From: Gemmatimonadota bacterium
GTDB taxonomy: Bacteria > Gemmatimonadota > Gemmatimonadetes > Longimicrobiales > Gaopeijiaceae
Length of the DNA stretch: 51,507 bases
Assembly (NCBI GenBank): GCA_039589315.1
Contig: JBDHHQ010000047.1
Coordinates: 1 to 51,507, forward strand
Direction of reading: 5' to 3'
In this document: piece after piece, positions 28,605 through 36,945 of the stretch
How positions within the stretch are numbered: the stretch's first letter is position 1
Layout of the letters: each line of letters opens with the position of its first letter
Program-made: the position numbers and the translations under genes
The notes under the pieces: model-generated
The model's input: only the letters and a program-made list of their open reading frames with translations
Told to the model about the DNA's origin: nothing
Database searches by the model: none

Positions 28605-31208
28605 TCAATCCCGCAACGATACGGTAGCGTCCACCCGCCCCGCCCGCCGAGCCGGCATCCACGCCGCGACGCTCGCCGTTCCCAGCAACACGACAGATGC
28701 CAGGGCCAGCGCCCACGGATCGTGGGGCGCCACATCGAACAACAGCCCCTGGATCGCATGCCCGAGTCCCAAGGAGAAGACGACTCCAGCTCCGATCCCG
28801 AGAAGCGCGATGCCGAGACCACGGCCCAGAATCAGCCGCCTGAGCGACTGCGGGCGCGCGCCCAGGGCGATGCGGATGCCCATTTCGCGCGTTCGCTCCG
28901 ACGCCCCGAACGACACCAGGCCGTACAGGCCCACGGCCGCCAGCACCAGGGCCAGGAGCGCGAAGGCCCCGACCAGGTAGCCGATGGTGCGGGTCTCGCC
29001 CATCGATGCGGCCACACCCTGTCTCAGGTCGCTGATCCTGAGCGGGATGCCCGGGTCGGCCCCGGCCACCGCCGCCCGAATCGCTTCGCCGTCCGGGGTC
29101 CGGCCTCCCTGGCCCCGGGCGTGAAGGACCATCGACGCCGAGGCGTGCTCTGCCGGAAAGTAGACGCCGGGCTGGGCGGGTGAGCGCAGCGACCGCATCT
29201 GGACGTCGCCAACCACGCCCACGACGGTCCAGGGCGGGTTGCCGGCCAGCTGCTGGCCGATCGGGTCCTCACCCGGCCAGAACAACTTCGCCAGCGACTC
29301 GTTTACCGCGACCACCCGAACCGGCTCATCGTGGATGCCCGCGAGCGTCCGCCCCCGGAGAATCGGAATCCCGAGCGTCTCGAAGTACCCGGGCCCCACG
29401 ATGTTGTACTCGGTCTCGAGCTCCACGTCTTCCCGACCCAGGGGCTGCATCGTTGCCCGCGCATGCCCCCCGACGATCGGCGTCGAGTTGGCAACGGTGG
29501 CGTGACGCACGCCGGGCACCTGTTCGACGGCACGGACGACCCGGTCCAGAAGGTCAAGGCTGGTCTCGTCGTCGTAGCGCCTGGTGGATTCGATGTCGAG
29601 CACGCCGATCGCCAGGCCGGTGGGATCGAATCCCGGATTGGCCGACGTGGCGTTCATGAGGCTCCGACCCAGAAGGGCTGCGCTCGCCACCAGCGCGACG
29701 GACAGGGCGAGCTGTGACGCAACGAGCACGTCGCGGAGCCGCGTGCGCGTTCGCCCGCCCGTGGTCCCCCCTTCCTTGAGCGCTCCCAGGACGTCGCTCC
29801 GGGCTGCCGTCCAGGCGGGCGCGGCCCCGAAGAGCAGCCCGGCTACGATCCCGACCGCGGCCAGGAACAGCAAGACCCGACCGTCCGCGCCGACCGGGAC
29901 CGACAGGGTGTAGGGGAACAGCATCGGCAGGAACCGGTCCGCCGAGAGAACGACCGGCACGGCGATCAGCGAGGCGAAGCCGGCCAGCACCAGGCTTTCG
30001 GCCATGAGCTGCTGAATGAGCCGGCGCCGTCCGGCTCCGAGCGCCCGGCGGACGCCGATCTCGGTACGGCGGCCCGCTGCCCGGGCAAGACAGAGGTTGG
30101 CCACGTTCGTACAGGTCAGCAGCAGCACGACGCCCACGACGAGGGCGAGGATTCCGGCCAGCGTCCGAGCCTCCCGCCGGCCCTCGGGATCGAGTCCGAC
30201 GCCCTGGGTCAGGCGGATCAGGATCTGCTCGTTGACCGGGTCCGCGTCGCGGAGCCGCGCCGTCACCACGTCCATCGAAGCCAGAGCTTCGTCGAACGTG
30301 ACTCCGTCCTTCATGCGGCCAAACGCCTGGATCCAACTCCATCCCCACTGCGCAAAGGGAAGGTCTCCGTGGAACCCCGGGTTCTGCATCGCGGGCACCC
30401 AGAGGGCCGGGGGAGTGCCGATCGCTTCAACCCCGGCGAAGCCCTCGGGCGCGACGCCGACGATCTCGTACGGTGCGCTTCCGATCGGGATCGTCTGGCC
30501 CACGACCGAGGGGTCACCGCCGTACAACCGAGTCCAGAGCGCGTGGCTCAAAACCGTGACGCGGTGCGCGCCGGGCTCGACGTCGTCGGTGGGGTGAAGC
30601 AGCCGTCCGACCAGAGGGCGCACGCCCAGCACCTCGAAGTAATCGCCCGTCACCTCCTCGCCGAGCACGCGCTCGGTGTCGGCGCCGGTTCCCAGCGTGA
30701 ACGACTGCGCCGTGTAGCCGGCGACGCCGGTGAAGGCCTCCGCCTGGTCCCGGATCAGTCCGAGGGCTGGCCAGGACCAGTTGTCCCAGCGCGGATCGGT
30801 CTCGTACGAGCGTGCGATCTGGATCAGTCGCTCAGGGGCGTGAATGGCGGCGGGGGACCGCAGCAGCAGACCGTTCACCAGCGAGAAGATCGACGCGTTC
30901 GCGCCGATCCCGAGCGCCAGCGTCAGCGCTGCGACCAGCGTGAATCCGGGGCTCAGCCCGAGCACGCGCACCGAGTACTTCACGTCCTGCAGCAACCCGT
31001 CCAACGTCCACCCCTCCGTCCTCGTCCACACCGCGTGCGGTAACGCGCCCACAGCGAACGACAGCTGTCCCGGCACGTCTCGGGCGCCGGCCGCCCGCGC
31101 TCGGTCCAGGGCCGCCAGCTCCGACTCCCACTCCTCGAGCCATTCCTGACGCCGAGACGGGGGTACGAGGGCAGCTGCGGCGCGAATGAGCAGTCGCTCG
31201 AGCTTCAT
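28605..31208 (-). CDS. ADOP-type duplicated ABC permease 5
   Basis: TLALGIGANASIFSLVN, CTNVANL, EIGVRRALGA, GLYGLV...REMGIRIALGA, PARRAGRVD. Confidence 0.95.
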   Translation of the reverse strand: MKLERLLIRAAAALVPPSRRQEWLEEWESELAALDRARAAGARDVPGQLSFAVGALPHAVWTRTEGWTLDGLLQDVKYSVRVLGLSPGFTLVAALTLALGIGANASIFSLVNGLLLRSPAAIHAPERLIQIARSYETDPRWDNWSWPALGLIRDQAEAFTGVAGYTAQSFTLGTGADTERVLGEEVTGDYFEVLGVRPLVGRLLHPTDDVEPGAHRVTVLSHALWTRLYGGDPSVVGQTIPIGSAPYEIVGVAPEGFAGVEAIGTPPALWVPAMQNPGFHGDLPFAQWGWSWIQAFGRMKDGVTFDEALASMDVVTARLRDADPVNEQILIRLTQGVGLDPEGRREARTLAGILALVVGVVLLLTCTNVANLCLARAAGRRTEIGVRRALGAGRRRLIQQLMAESLVLAGFASLIAVPVVLSADRFLPMLFPYTLSVPVGADGRVLLFLAAVGIVAGLLFGAAPAWTAARSDVLGALKEGGTTGGRTRTRLRDVLVASQLALSVALVASAALLGRSLMNATSANPGFDPTGLAIGVLDIESTRRYDDETSLDLLDRVVRAVEQVPGVRHATVANSTPIVGGHARATMQPLGREDVELETEYNIVGPGYFETLGIPILRGRTLAGIHDEPVRVVAVNESLAKLFWPGEDPIGQQLAGNPPWTVVGVVGDVQMRSLRSPAQPGVYFPAEHASASMVLHARGQGGRTPDGEAIRAAVAGADPGIPLRISDLRQGVAASMGETRTIGYLVGAFALLALVLAAVGLYGLVSFGASERTREMGIRIALGARPQSLRRLILGRGLGIALLGIGAGVVFSLGLGHAIQGLLFDVAPHDPWALALASVVLLGTASVAAWMPARRAGRVDATVSLRD

Positions 31209-31294
31209 GGCGTCCGCGCCCTCACGGTGGTCGAACGGGTGCGGGCTGCCTCGTGGGTCCGCGGAGCTCGTGGCCCGGTGCTCCCGACGTTCAT
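31205..31294 (-). CDS. Possible 29-aa linker ORF between PadR and permease 5
   Basis: ATG overlaps the PadR stop (ATGA 31294-31291) and its TGA overlaps the permease ATG (ATGA 31208-31205). Confidence 0.4.
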   Translation of the reverse strand: MNVGSTGPRAPRTHEAARTRSTTVRARTP

Positions 31295-31602
31295 CGCGCG
31301 CCTTCCACGCGTAGCCCGAGCGATTCGGCCAGACCGGCGACGCGTCCCGCTCCGGCCTCGAGCGCCTTCACCCCGTCTCCGGTCAGCTCGTAGTACTTTC
31401 GCCGTGGCCGACCCTCGCGATCGGCGGCGCGCTGGTCCTCCCACCGGGAACGCACGAGGCCGCTCCGTTTGAGCCGCCCGAGAGTGGGGTACACGGTCCC
31501 CGACGGCAGACCGGTGCGCGTCACGATGTCCAGGCCGTAGGCGTCGCCGGCCCGGACTGCTGCGAGGATCTGGAGCGAGGTGATGCCGAGGGATCGAGGC
31601 AT
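31291..31602 (-). CDS. PadR family transcriptional regulator (type B, TGLPxGTVYP)
   Basis: AVRAGDAYGLDIVTRTGLPSGTVYP...RPRRKYYELT. Confidence 0.93.
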   Translation of the reverse strand: MPRSLGITSLQILAAVRAGDAYGLDIVTRTGLPSGTVYPTLGRLKRSGLVRSRWEDQRAADREGRPRRKYYELTGDGVKALEAGAGRVAGLAESLGLRVEGAR

Positions 31603-31622
31603 GAGGGCGTGGTCACCAGTTG

Positions 31623-31673
31623 GGTTGATAGAAGTGTAAGGTATATAGTATTCAACCTTCACGCTGGTGACAA
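31623..31673 (-). promoter_or_regulatory. Sigma70-like promoter of PadR-permease 5
   Basis: Minus TTGTCA (31673-31668), 17 nt, TACTAT (31650-31645); GGTTGA...TCAACC inverted arms bracket the AT-rich patch. Confidence 0.65.
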
Positions 31674-31779
31674 GGATCCCCCGATGGCCATTCCACTGCC
31701 CGAGAGGGCACACGAGGATGAGGGAGCTCAGATCGCGGATGTCGGCGGGCGTGCGGCGAGGATCACGCTCGCGCGCATC

Positions 31780-31890
31780 CACTCCCGCCGGAGCACCGAT
31801 GCCGGATCCGTCCGCGCCGCTCTACGCACGGCCGGATAGGCCGCCACAAGGGCGATCCCACCCACAAGGGCGCCGCTCTCTGCGCAAGAA
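31780..31890 (-). pseudogene. C-terminal remnant of an ADOP-type permease
   Basis: GALVGGIALVAAYPAVRRAARTDPASVLRRE within ORF 31728..31964. Confidence 0.6.
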
Positions 31891-31932
31891 GACGCCGCCG
31901 ATTTCGAGGAGCGGTCGAACCCTGCTGCTGGC

Positions 31933-32814
31933 CTACAATCCCTCGGCGACCCGCTTGAGCTCACCCATGAAGTGCGCCCAGCCGAAGGGGAAGTCGCTCA
32001 CGTCCACGGCCCGGATGAACCCGGAGTGGACGAGCGTCACCCGAGTCCCGTCTCCATCGGGCTCCAGCATCCAGGTCACCGACTGGGTAGGCACCGAGGT
32101 GTCCCCTCGCCAGTCCGGCCACGAGATCGTGAGCTTGCTGTTGGGCTCGAGCTCCAGGATCTCCATCGCCGGACCCTGGTGCTCGATCTCGTCAGGAGCC
32201 TGCCAGCCCAGGTCGAAGGTGCCTCCGACGCGAAGGTCGACAGTGGCGTCCCTGGCCATCCACTGGTTCAGCGCCTCAGGCTCGGTCAACGCCCGGAACA
32301 CCTTCTCGGGTGGCGCGTCGATTTCGATGGAAAGCGTCACCTCGGGACTCGGATCGGCGAAGTCGGGGCGCATGATCTGGCCATGGCCGGCCGTGTGGGC
32401 CGTCAGGTTGCCCAGCGTGAACCGCCACCAGTCGTCCACGAGCTCTTTGGGGCGCGGGCCGTCGATGACCCGGTCGAACGTGTGCTCGACCGCGACCCTG
32501 GTCGCCGAGCCGTGGTCGATCTCCTCGGGCGTGAGCGTGATTCCCACCCGTGTGGGCACGCCGAACATGGTCCAGTCGAACGCCAGCCGCGCGTCGGGCT
32601 CGATGTCCACGACGGATCCCATGGCATCGGACTCGTCGGGCGTCCCGACCGTGTGACGTCCCCAGAACCGGAACGCGCCGCCCGGCCTGGCCTCGACGCG
32701 GGCGTGCTCCGCGAACCACTGCTCGAGCTCGGCGTCCTTGGTGAGCGCCCGGAAGATCCGGTCCGCCGGGGCAGGGATGGGGAACGAGTACTCGTACGTC
32801 CAGCCGTCAGTCAT
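31933..32814 (-). CDS. Tandem SRPBCC (AHA1-like) domain protein
   Basis: Two repeats I.AP...[IV]FRALT...L.QW, each followed by GG.F and T.V...H. Confidence 0.9.
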   Translation of the reverse strand: MTDGWTYEYSFPIPAPADRIFRALTKDAELEQWFAEHARVEARPGGAFRFWGRHTVGTPDESDAMGSVVDIEPDARLAFDWTMFGVPTRVGITLTPEEIDHGSATRVAVEHTFDRVIDGPRPKELVDDWWRFTLGNLTAHTAGHGQIMRPDFADPSPEVTLSIEIDAPPEKVFRALTEPEALNQWMARDATVDLRVGGTFDLGWQAPDEIEHQGPAMEILELEPNSKLTISWPDWRGDTSVPTQSVTWMLEPDGDGTRVTLVHSGFIRAVDVSDFPFGWAHFMGELKRVAEGL

Positions 32815-33130
32815 CGGAGCTCTCCACGAAGCGTTTGAGGTTCTGCAGGCGCGCCGCCCAGAAGACGCGGTAGGCGTCCAGCCACCGATCGATCTCGCGC
32901 AGGGCCTCCGGGTTCAGCCGGTAGACGCGCCACTGCGCCTCCTTCCGCTGCTGCACGAGCCCGGCGTCCCGGAGCACCTTGAGGTGCCGGGAGATCGCGG
33001 GCCGGCTGACGGGGAATCGATCTGCCAGGTCGCCGGCCGAATGCTCGCCGTGCGCGAGAAGGTCGAGGATCTCGCGACGGGTCCCATCAGCCAGGGCATC
33101 GAACAGGGCTTCTCGGTTGTATGTAACCAT
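32807..33130 (-). CDS. ArsR/SmtB family transcriptional regulator
   Basis: FDALADGTRREIL, SRPAISRHLKVLRDAGLV, W...YR.FW..RL..L. Confidence 0.93.
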   Translation of the reverse strand: MVTYNREALFDALADGTRREILDLLAHGEHSAGDLADRFPVSRPAISRHLKVLRDAGLVQQRKEAQWRVYRLNPEALREIDRWLDAYRVFWAARLQNLKRFVESSDD

Positions 33131-33167
33131 TTGGTTAAATACTATGCAAGGGTGTCACATAACGCAA
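33124..33167 (-). promoter_or_regulatory. ArsR promoter and operator (probably leaderless transcript)
   Basis: Minus TTGCGT-N17-TAGTAT; perfect TAACCA-TT-TGGTTA (33124-33137) overlapping the start codon. Confidence 0.75.
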
Positions 33168-33357
33168 TCCCCCAGAGGGAGGCCGATGGACCTTCCCGGC
33201 CTTGGCCGTCTCGCCCGCCCACTACCTCGGGGCCTGACGGGGCAACCTGGCCTCCAGAAGGAAGAGGCCGGACGACCCGTGGGGATCGCCCGGCCTCGGC
33301 ACACGTGGCGGATGGCCTAGCGCCGATCCGCGAGACGCGCGCGGACGTTGAGGTCCG

Positions 33358-36300
33358 TTACCTCTCCGTGTCGTCCGCCACCGGCTGGGTGAGCTGTCGC
33401 AATCGGTCGAGCACGTCATCGAGCTGCTCGCGCAGCTCGTCGTACCGGACGTGCGCGTCCCGGTTCGGACGGCTGTCGGCCTTGGTCACCATGCCGTAGA
33501 GGTAGTCCACCTGGTCGAGGAGCATGGGCGGCGGGTAGCTCCCGGTCCGCCGAGTGACCAGCTCGGCCCAGAGCTGACCCGCCTGCTCGGCCGCCTCGCT
33601 GTCCGGCGCGACCTGCTCCCGGAGCGCCTCCAGCTCACTCACCGCCTGACTGCCCTCGGCAAGCGCGTCCCGGATCCGGAGCGACAGCTCCTCCTGCTGC
33701 TGGAGGTCAGCGAGTGTGGTGCCGTCCGCGGCCACGCGCGGATCGATCAGGACCTCCAGGTCACGGGTCTGGCTCCAGTCGCCCATGGTGAGTCGGACCT
33801 GGTACCGTCCCGGGGCCACCAGCGGCCCGTCACTGCCCGGTCGGCCGTAGAGACCGGTGGCCATGACCGGAGCGCGCACGCCCGGATGACGCAGGTCCCA
33901 GGTGAAGCGGTGGTGTCCCACCCCCGCTTCGAGCCTCGGCTCGCCCTGGCGAGTCGGATAGGGGGCCCTCATCTGCTGGTCCTCGCTGTACGTGTACCCC
34001 TCCGACGCGCTCGTGAAGCCCCGGATCACCCGACCGGATCCGTCCAGGATCTCCAGCGTGAGCTCGCCGGAGGCGGGCCGGGCGAGTCGGTAGTCGATCA
34101 TGGCCCCCGGCTCGGGGAACTCCGGGTCGTGCGAGCGCACGCCCTCGCGCAGCATGGTGGATTCGTACCGCATGCGGTACGCGGCCCGGGGCTCGAACAG
34201 GTGGGCGTCGGCGGTCATGGCGGCGCCCTCGAGTTGTTGGAGAAGCGTCACGTTGTCGAGGATCCAGAAGCCCCGGCCCATGGTGGAGAATGCGAGGTCG
34301 TTTTGGACCCATTCGATGTCGGTGATGGGTGTCCTGGGCAGGTCGAGCTGGAGCTCCTGCCAGCTCTGCCCGTCATCGAACGACACGAACATGCCGTACT
34401 CGGTCCCCGCGTAGAGTAGTCCCGGCCTCACTTCGTCCTCGCGCACCACTCGCACGGGGAAGTCCTCCGGAATGCCGTTGGTGCCGTCGGTGAGCCGCGT
34501 CCAGGTCTGCCCGTAGTCGGTCGTCTTGAAGACGTAGGGGCTGAAGTCGTTCAGCCGGAAGCGGTACCCGGTCACGTAGGCCGTGCCCGCCGCGTGAGGA
34601 GACGGGTCGATGGCGTTGATGCGACCCTCGGCCGGCCACGGGGGCGTGACGTCGGTCCAGCTGGCGCCGTTGTCGCGGGTGACGTGCACCGGGCCGTCGT
34701 TGGACCCGGACCAGATCACGCCCGGCTCCACCGGAGACTCCTCGATCACGTAGATGACGCTGAAGTGCTCCTCACCGGTGATGTCGTTGGTGATGGGCTC
34801 GCCGGAGCGGATCTGCCGCTCGGGGAGGTTGGCGGTCAGATCGGGCGAGATCTCGTCCCAGGTGAGCCCGCCGTCCGTCGTCCGATGCACGAACTGCGAG
34901 CCGTGATAGACCACGTCGGGGTCGTGTGGCGAGACCTCGACCGGGGTCGTGCGCTGGAAGCGGTACTTCAGCTTCGCGGGGTTCACCCCGTACAGGTGCT
35001 GGGCACCCACGTAGCGGCCCTGGGCCTGGCCCGTGACGAAGCTGAACCGATCGAAGGTGCCCTTGCAGGGCGCGTACACCACCTCCGAGCCGGGCTTGGG
35101 CACGGCCGGGCCCGTCTCGCAGCCGCCGATGGCCTTCCACCATGCGGTGGGCCCTCCAGGCGCGGGCTGGGCCGGGGGCAGGCTGGGCACGCCGATGGTC
35201 GTGTTGTCCTGCTGTCCCGCGTAGAGCCAGTAGGGGAAGCGGTCGTCCACGTCGACCTGATACAGCTCGGCGGTGGCCTGGTTGTGCTGCGAGGACCAGC
35301 TCTTACCGCCGTCCTGCGTGACGTTGGCGCCGCCGTCGTTCGACTGGATGAAGATGTCCGGATTCTCCGGGTTGATCCACATGTCGTGGTTATCGCCGTG
35401 AGGCGTCGAGACGATCTCCCAGGTGCGTCCGCCGTCGACCGACTTGAAGAAGCGCTCGTTGTTGACCCAGACGACGTCGGCGTTCGTGGGGTCGGCATCG
35501 ACGTTCGTGTAGTAGAAAGGCCGTTCCGTGAGCTCGACGAGGCCGCCCGGATCGTCTTCCGGATAGCGGCCGCCGCTCATGCGCTGCCACGTCTCGCCCC
35601 GATCGTCGGAGCGGTAGAGCCCCTCTTCCGGCTCCGGCGCCTCCACCAGCGCGTAGACGCGGTCCGGATCCGCCGCCGAGACCGCCAGGTCGATCTTCCC
35701 GATCAGGCCGGGCGGGAGCCCCTCTGTCACCTGGCGCCACGAGTCACCTCCGTCGGTGCTCTTCCAGATGCCGTCACCGCAGTCGGGACCGCAGCCGCTG
35801 ATGATCGTCCATGGCTTGCGCTCACCCCGCCACATGGCGGCGTAGATGACGGTGGGGTCGGCGGGGTGCAGCTCCAGGTCGATGGCGCCCACGGAGTCGG
35901 AGACGAAGTGCACGTTCTCCCACGTCGTGCCGCCATCGGTGGAGCGATAGAGACCGCGTTCGTCGTTCCGCCCGAACGGCGAGCCCAGGGCCGCGACGAA
36001 GACGTGGTTCGCATCGTCGGGGTGCACCTCGACCGCCCCGATCTGCCCCGTGTTCTCGAGGCCAAGGAAGTCCCACGTCTCACCGGCGTCCGTGGAGCGG
36101 TAGATGCCCCGGCCGCCGATCACGTTGCTCCGTATGCCGTCGGTGCCGGTGCCGGCGTAGACGACGTCGGGGTCGGAAGGTGCCACGCGCACCGCGCCCA
36201 TGGTGGACGAGGTCCTGATGAAGCCGTCGGTGGTCGGAAACCAGGTGATCCCGTAGTTCTCGGTCTTCCACACCCCGCCGCCGCCTCGAACGCCGAGGTA

Positions 36301-36495
36301 GAAGGTGCCCGGAGTGGCGGGATGCCCCGCCACCGTCGTCGAGGCCCCGCCCCTCGACGGCCCCACCTGGCGGTAGGACAGGTCCTGGAAGAGAGAGGGG
36401 TCGACGGTCCCGCTCGTGTCCTGAGCCGCCACGAGGCCGGGGATGGTGCTGAGGCTCATCCAGGCGAACGCCAGGCCGGAAAGGAGCGAGCGCAC
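33358..36495 (-). CDS. Secreted BNR-repeat/VPS10 (sortilin)-like glycosyl hydrolase-type protein
   Basis: GTG start with signal peptide; many S.D.G.TW Asp-boxes; HGDNHDMW, QSNDGG, GQQDN, LYAGTEYG, TMGRGFWILD. Confidence 0.9.
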   Translation of the reverse strand: MRSLLSGLAFAWMSLSTIPGLVAAQDTSGTVDPSLFQDLSYRQVGPSRGGASTTVAGHPATPGTFYLGVRGGGGVWKTENYGITWFPTTDGFIRTSSTMGAVRVAPSDPDVVYAGTGTDGIRSNVIGGRGIYRSTDAGETWDFLGLENTGQIGAVEVHPDDANHVFVAALGSPFGRNDERGLYRSTDGGTTWENVHFVSDSVGAIDLELHPADPTVIYAAMWRGERKPWTIISGCGPDCGDGIWKSTDGGDSWRQVTEGLPPGLIGKIDLAVSAADPDRVYALVEAPEPEEGLYRSDDRGETWQRMSGGRYPEDDPGGLVELTERPFYYTNVDADPTNADVVWVNNERFFKSVDGGRTWEIVSTPHGDNHDMWINPENPDIFIQSNDGGANVTQDGGKSWSSQHNQATAELYQVDVDDRFPYWLYAGQQDNTTIGVPSLPPAQPAPGGPTAWWKAIGGCETGPAVPKPGSEVVYAPCKGTFDRFSFVTGQAQGRYVGAQHLYGVNPAKLKYRFQRTTPVEVSPHDPDVVYHGSQFVHRTTDGGLTWDEISPDLTANLPERQIRSGEPITNDITGEEHFSVIYVIEESPVEPGVIWSGSNDGPVHVTRDNGASWTDVTPPWPAEGRINAIDPSPHAAGTAYVTGYRFRLNDFSPYVFKTTDYGQTWTRLTDGTNGIPEDFPVRVVREDEVRPGLLYAGTEYGMFVSFDDGQSWQELQLDLPRTPITDIEWVQNDLAFSTMGRGFWILDNVTLLQQLEGAAMTADAHLFEPRAAYRMRYESTMLREGVRSHDPEFPEPGAMIDYRLARPASGELTLEILDGSGRVIRGFTSASEGYTYSEDQQMRAPYPTRQGEPRLEAGVGHHRFTWDLRHPGVRAPVMATGLYGRPGSDGPLVAPGRYQVRLTMGDWSQTRDLEVLIDPRVAADGTTLADLQQQEELSLRIRDALAEGSQAVSELEALREQVAPDSEAAEQAGQLWAELVTRRTGSYPPPMLLDQVDYLYGMVTKADSRPNRDAHVRYDELREQLDDVLDRLRQLTQPVADDTER

Positions 36496-36945
36496 CGTTC
36501 GTGGCCTCTCGGGCTGGGGCGTGCGGGGCGCCGTTGGCCGTGACGTGCTTGGCCCGGCCAGCCGGGGCGCGCAGGGCGACGTCCGCACGAATAGACGCGA
36601 CCGGCGCGTGGAGACGTGTTGAGGAGTGGTCTGGGTCGTGTGATGCGTTTCCGTGCTCATGGCACCCCCGTGGGTCCGAGATCCGTCACCCTGCCGACCT
36701 ACCGAGAGCGTTGCTAGCGGAGGGAAGTCCCGAGGCTCGTTGTCGAGTCCGGCAGCTCTGCGTCCAGCGAGCCGAGGTGGCATCGCCGCCGCATCGGCCT
36801 CGCCATCGTCACGTCCGCCAAGTTGGACTCGGGTGCCGGGTCCCGGCAAGGCGAGGGGAGAGTAGACGGGTGCATGGCCAAGTCCCGGCCGCCCCAGCCC
36901 CGGCGCGGCATGACCGTCCCAGACCGCGGAATCGGCCGGGGCTGC

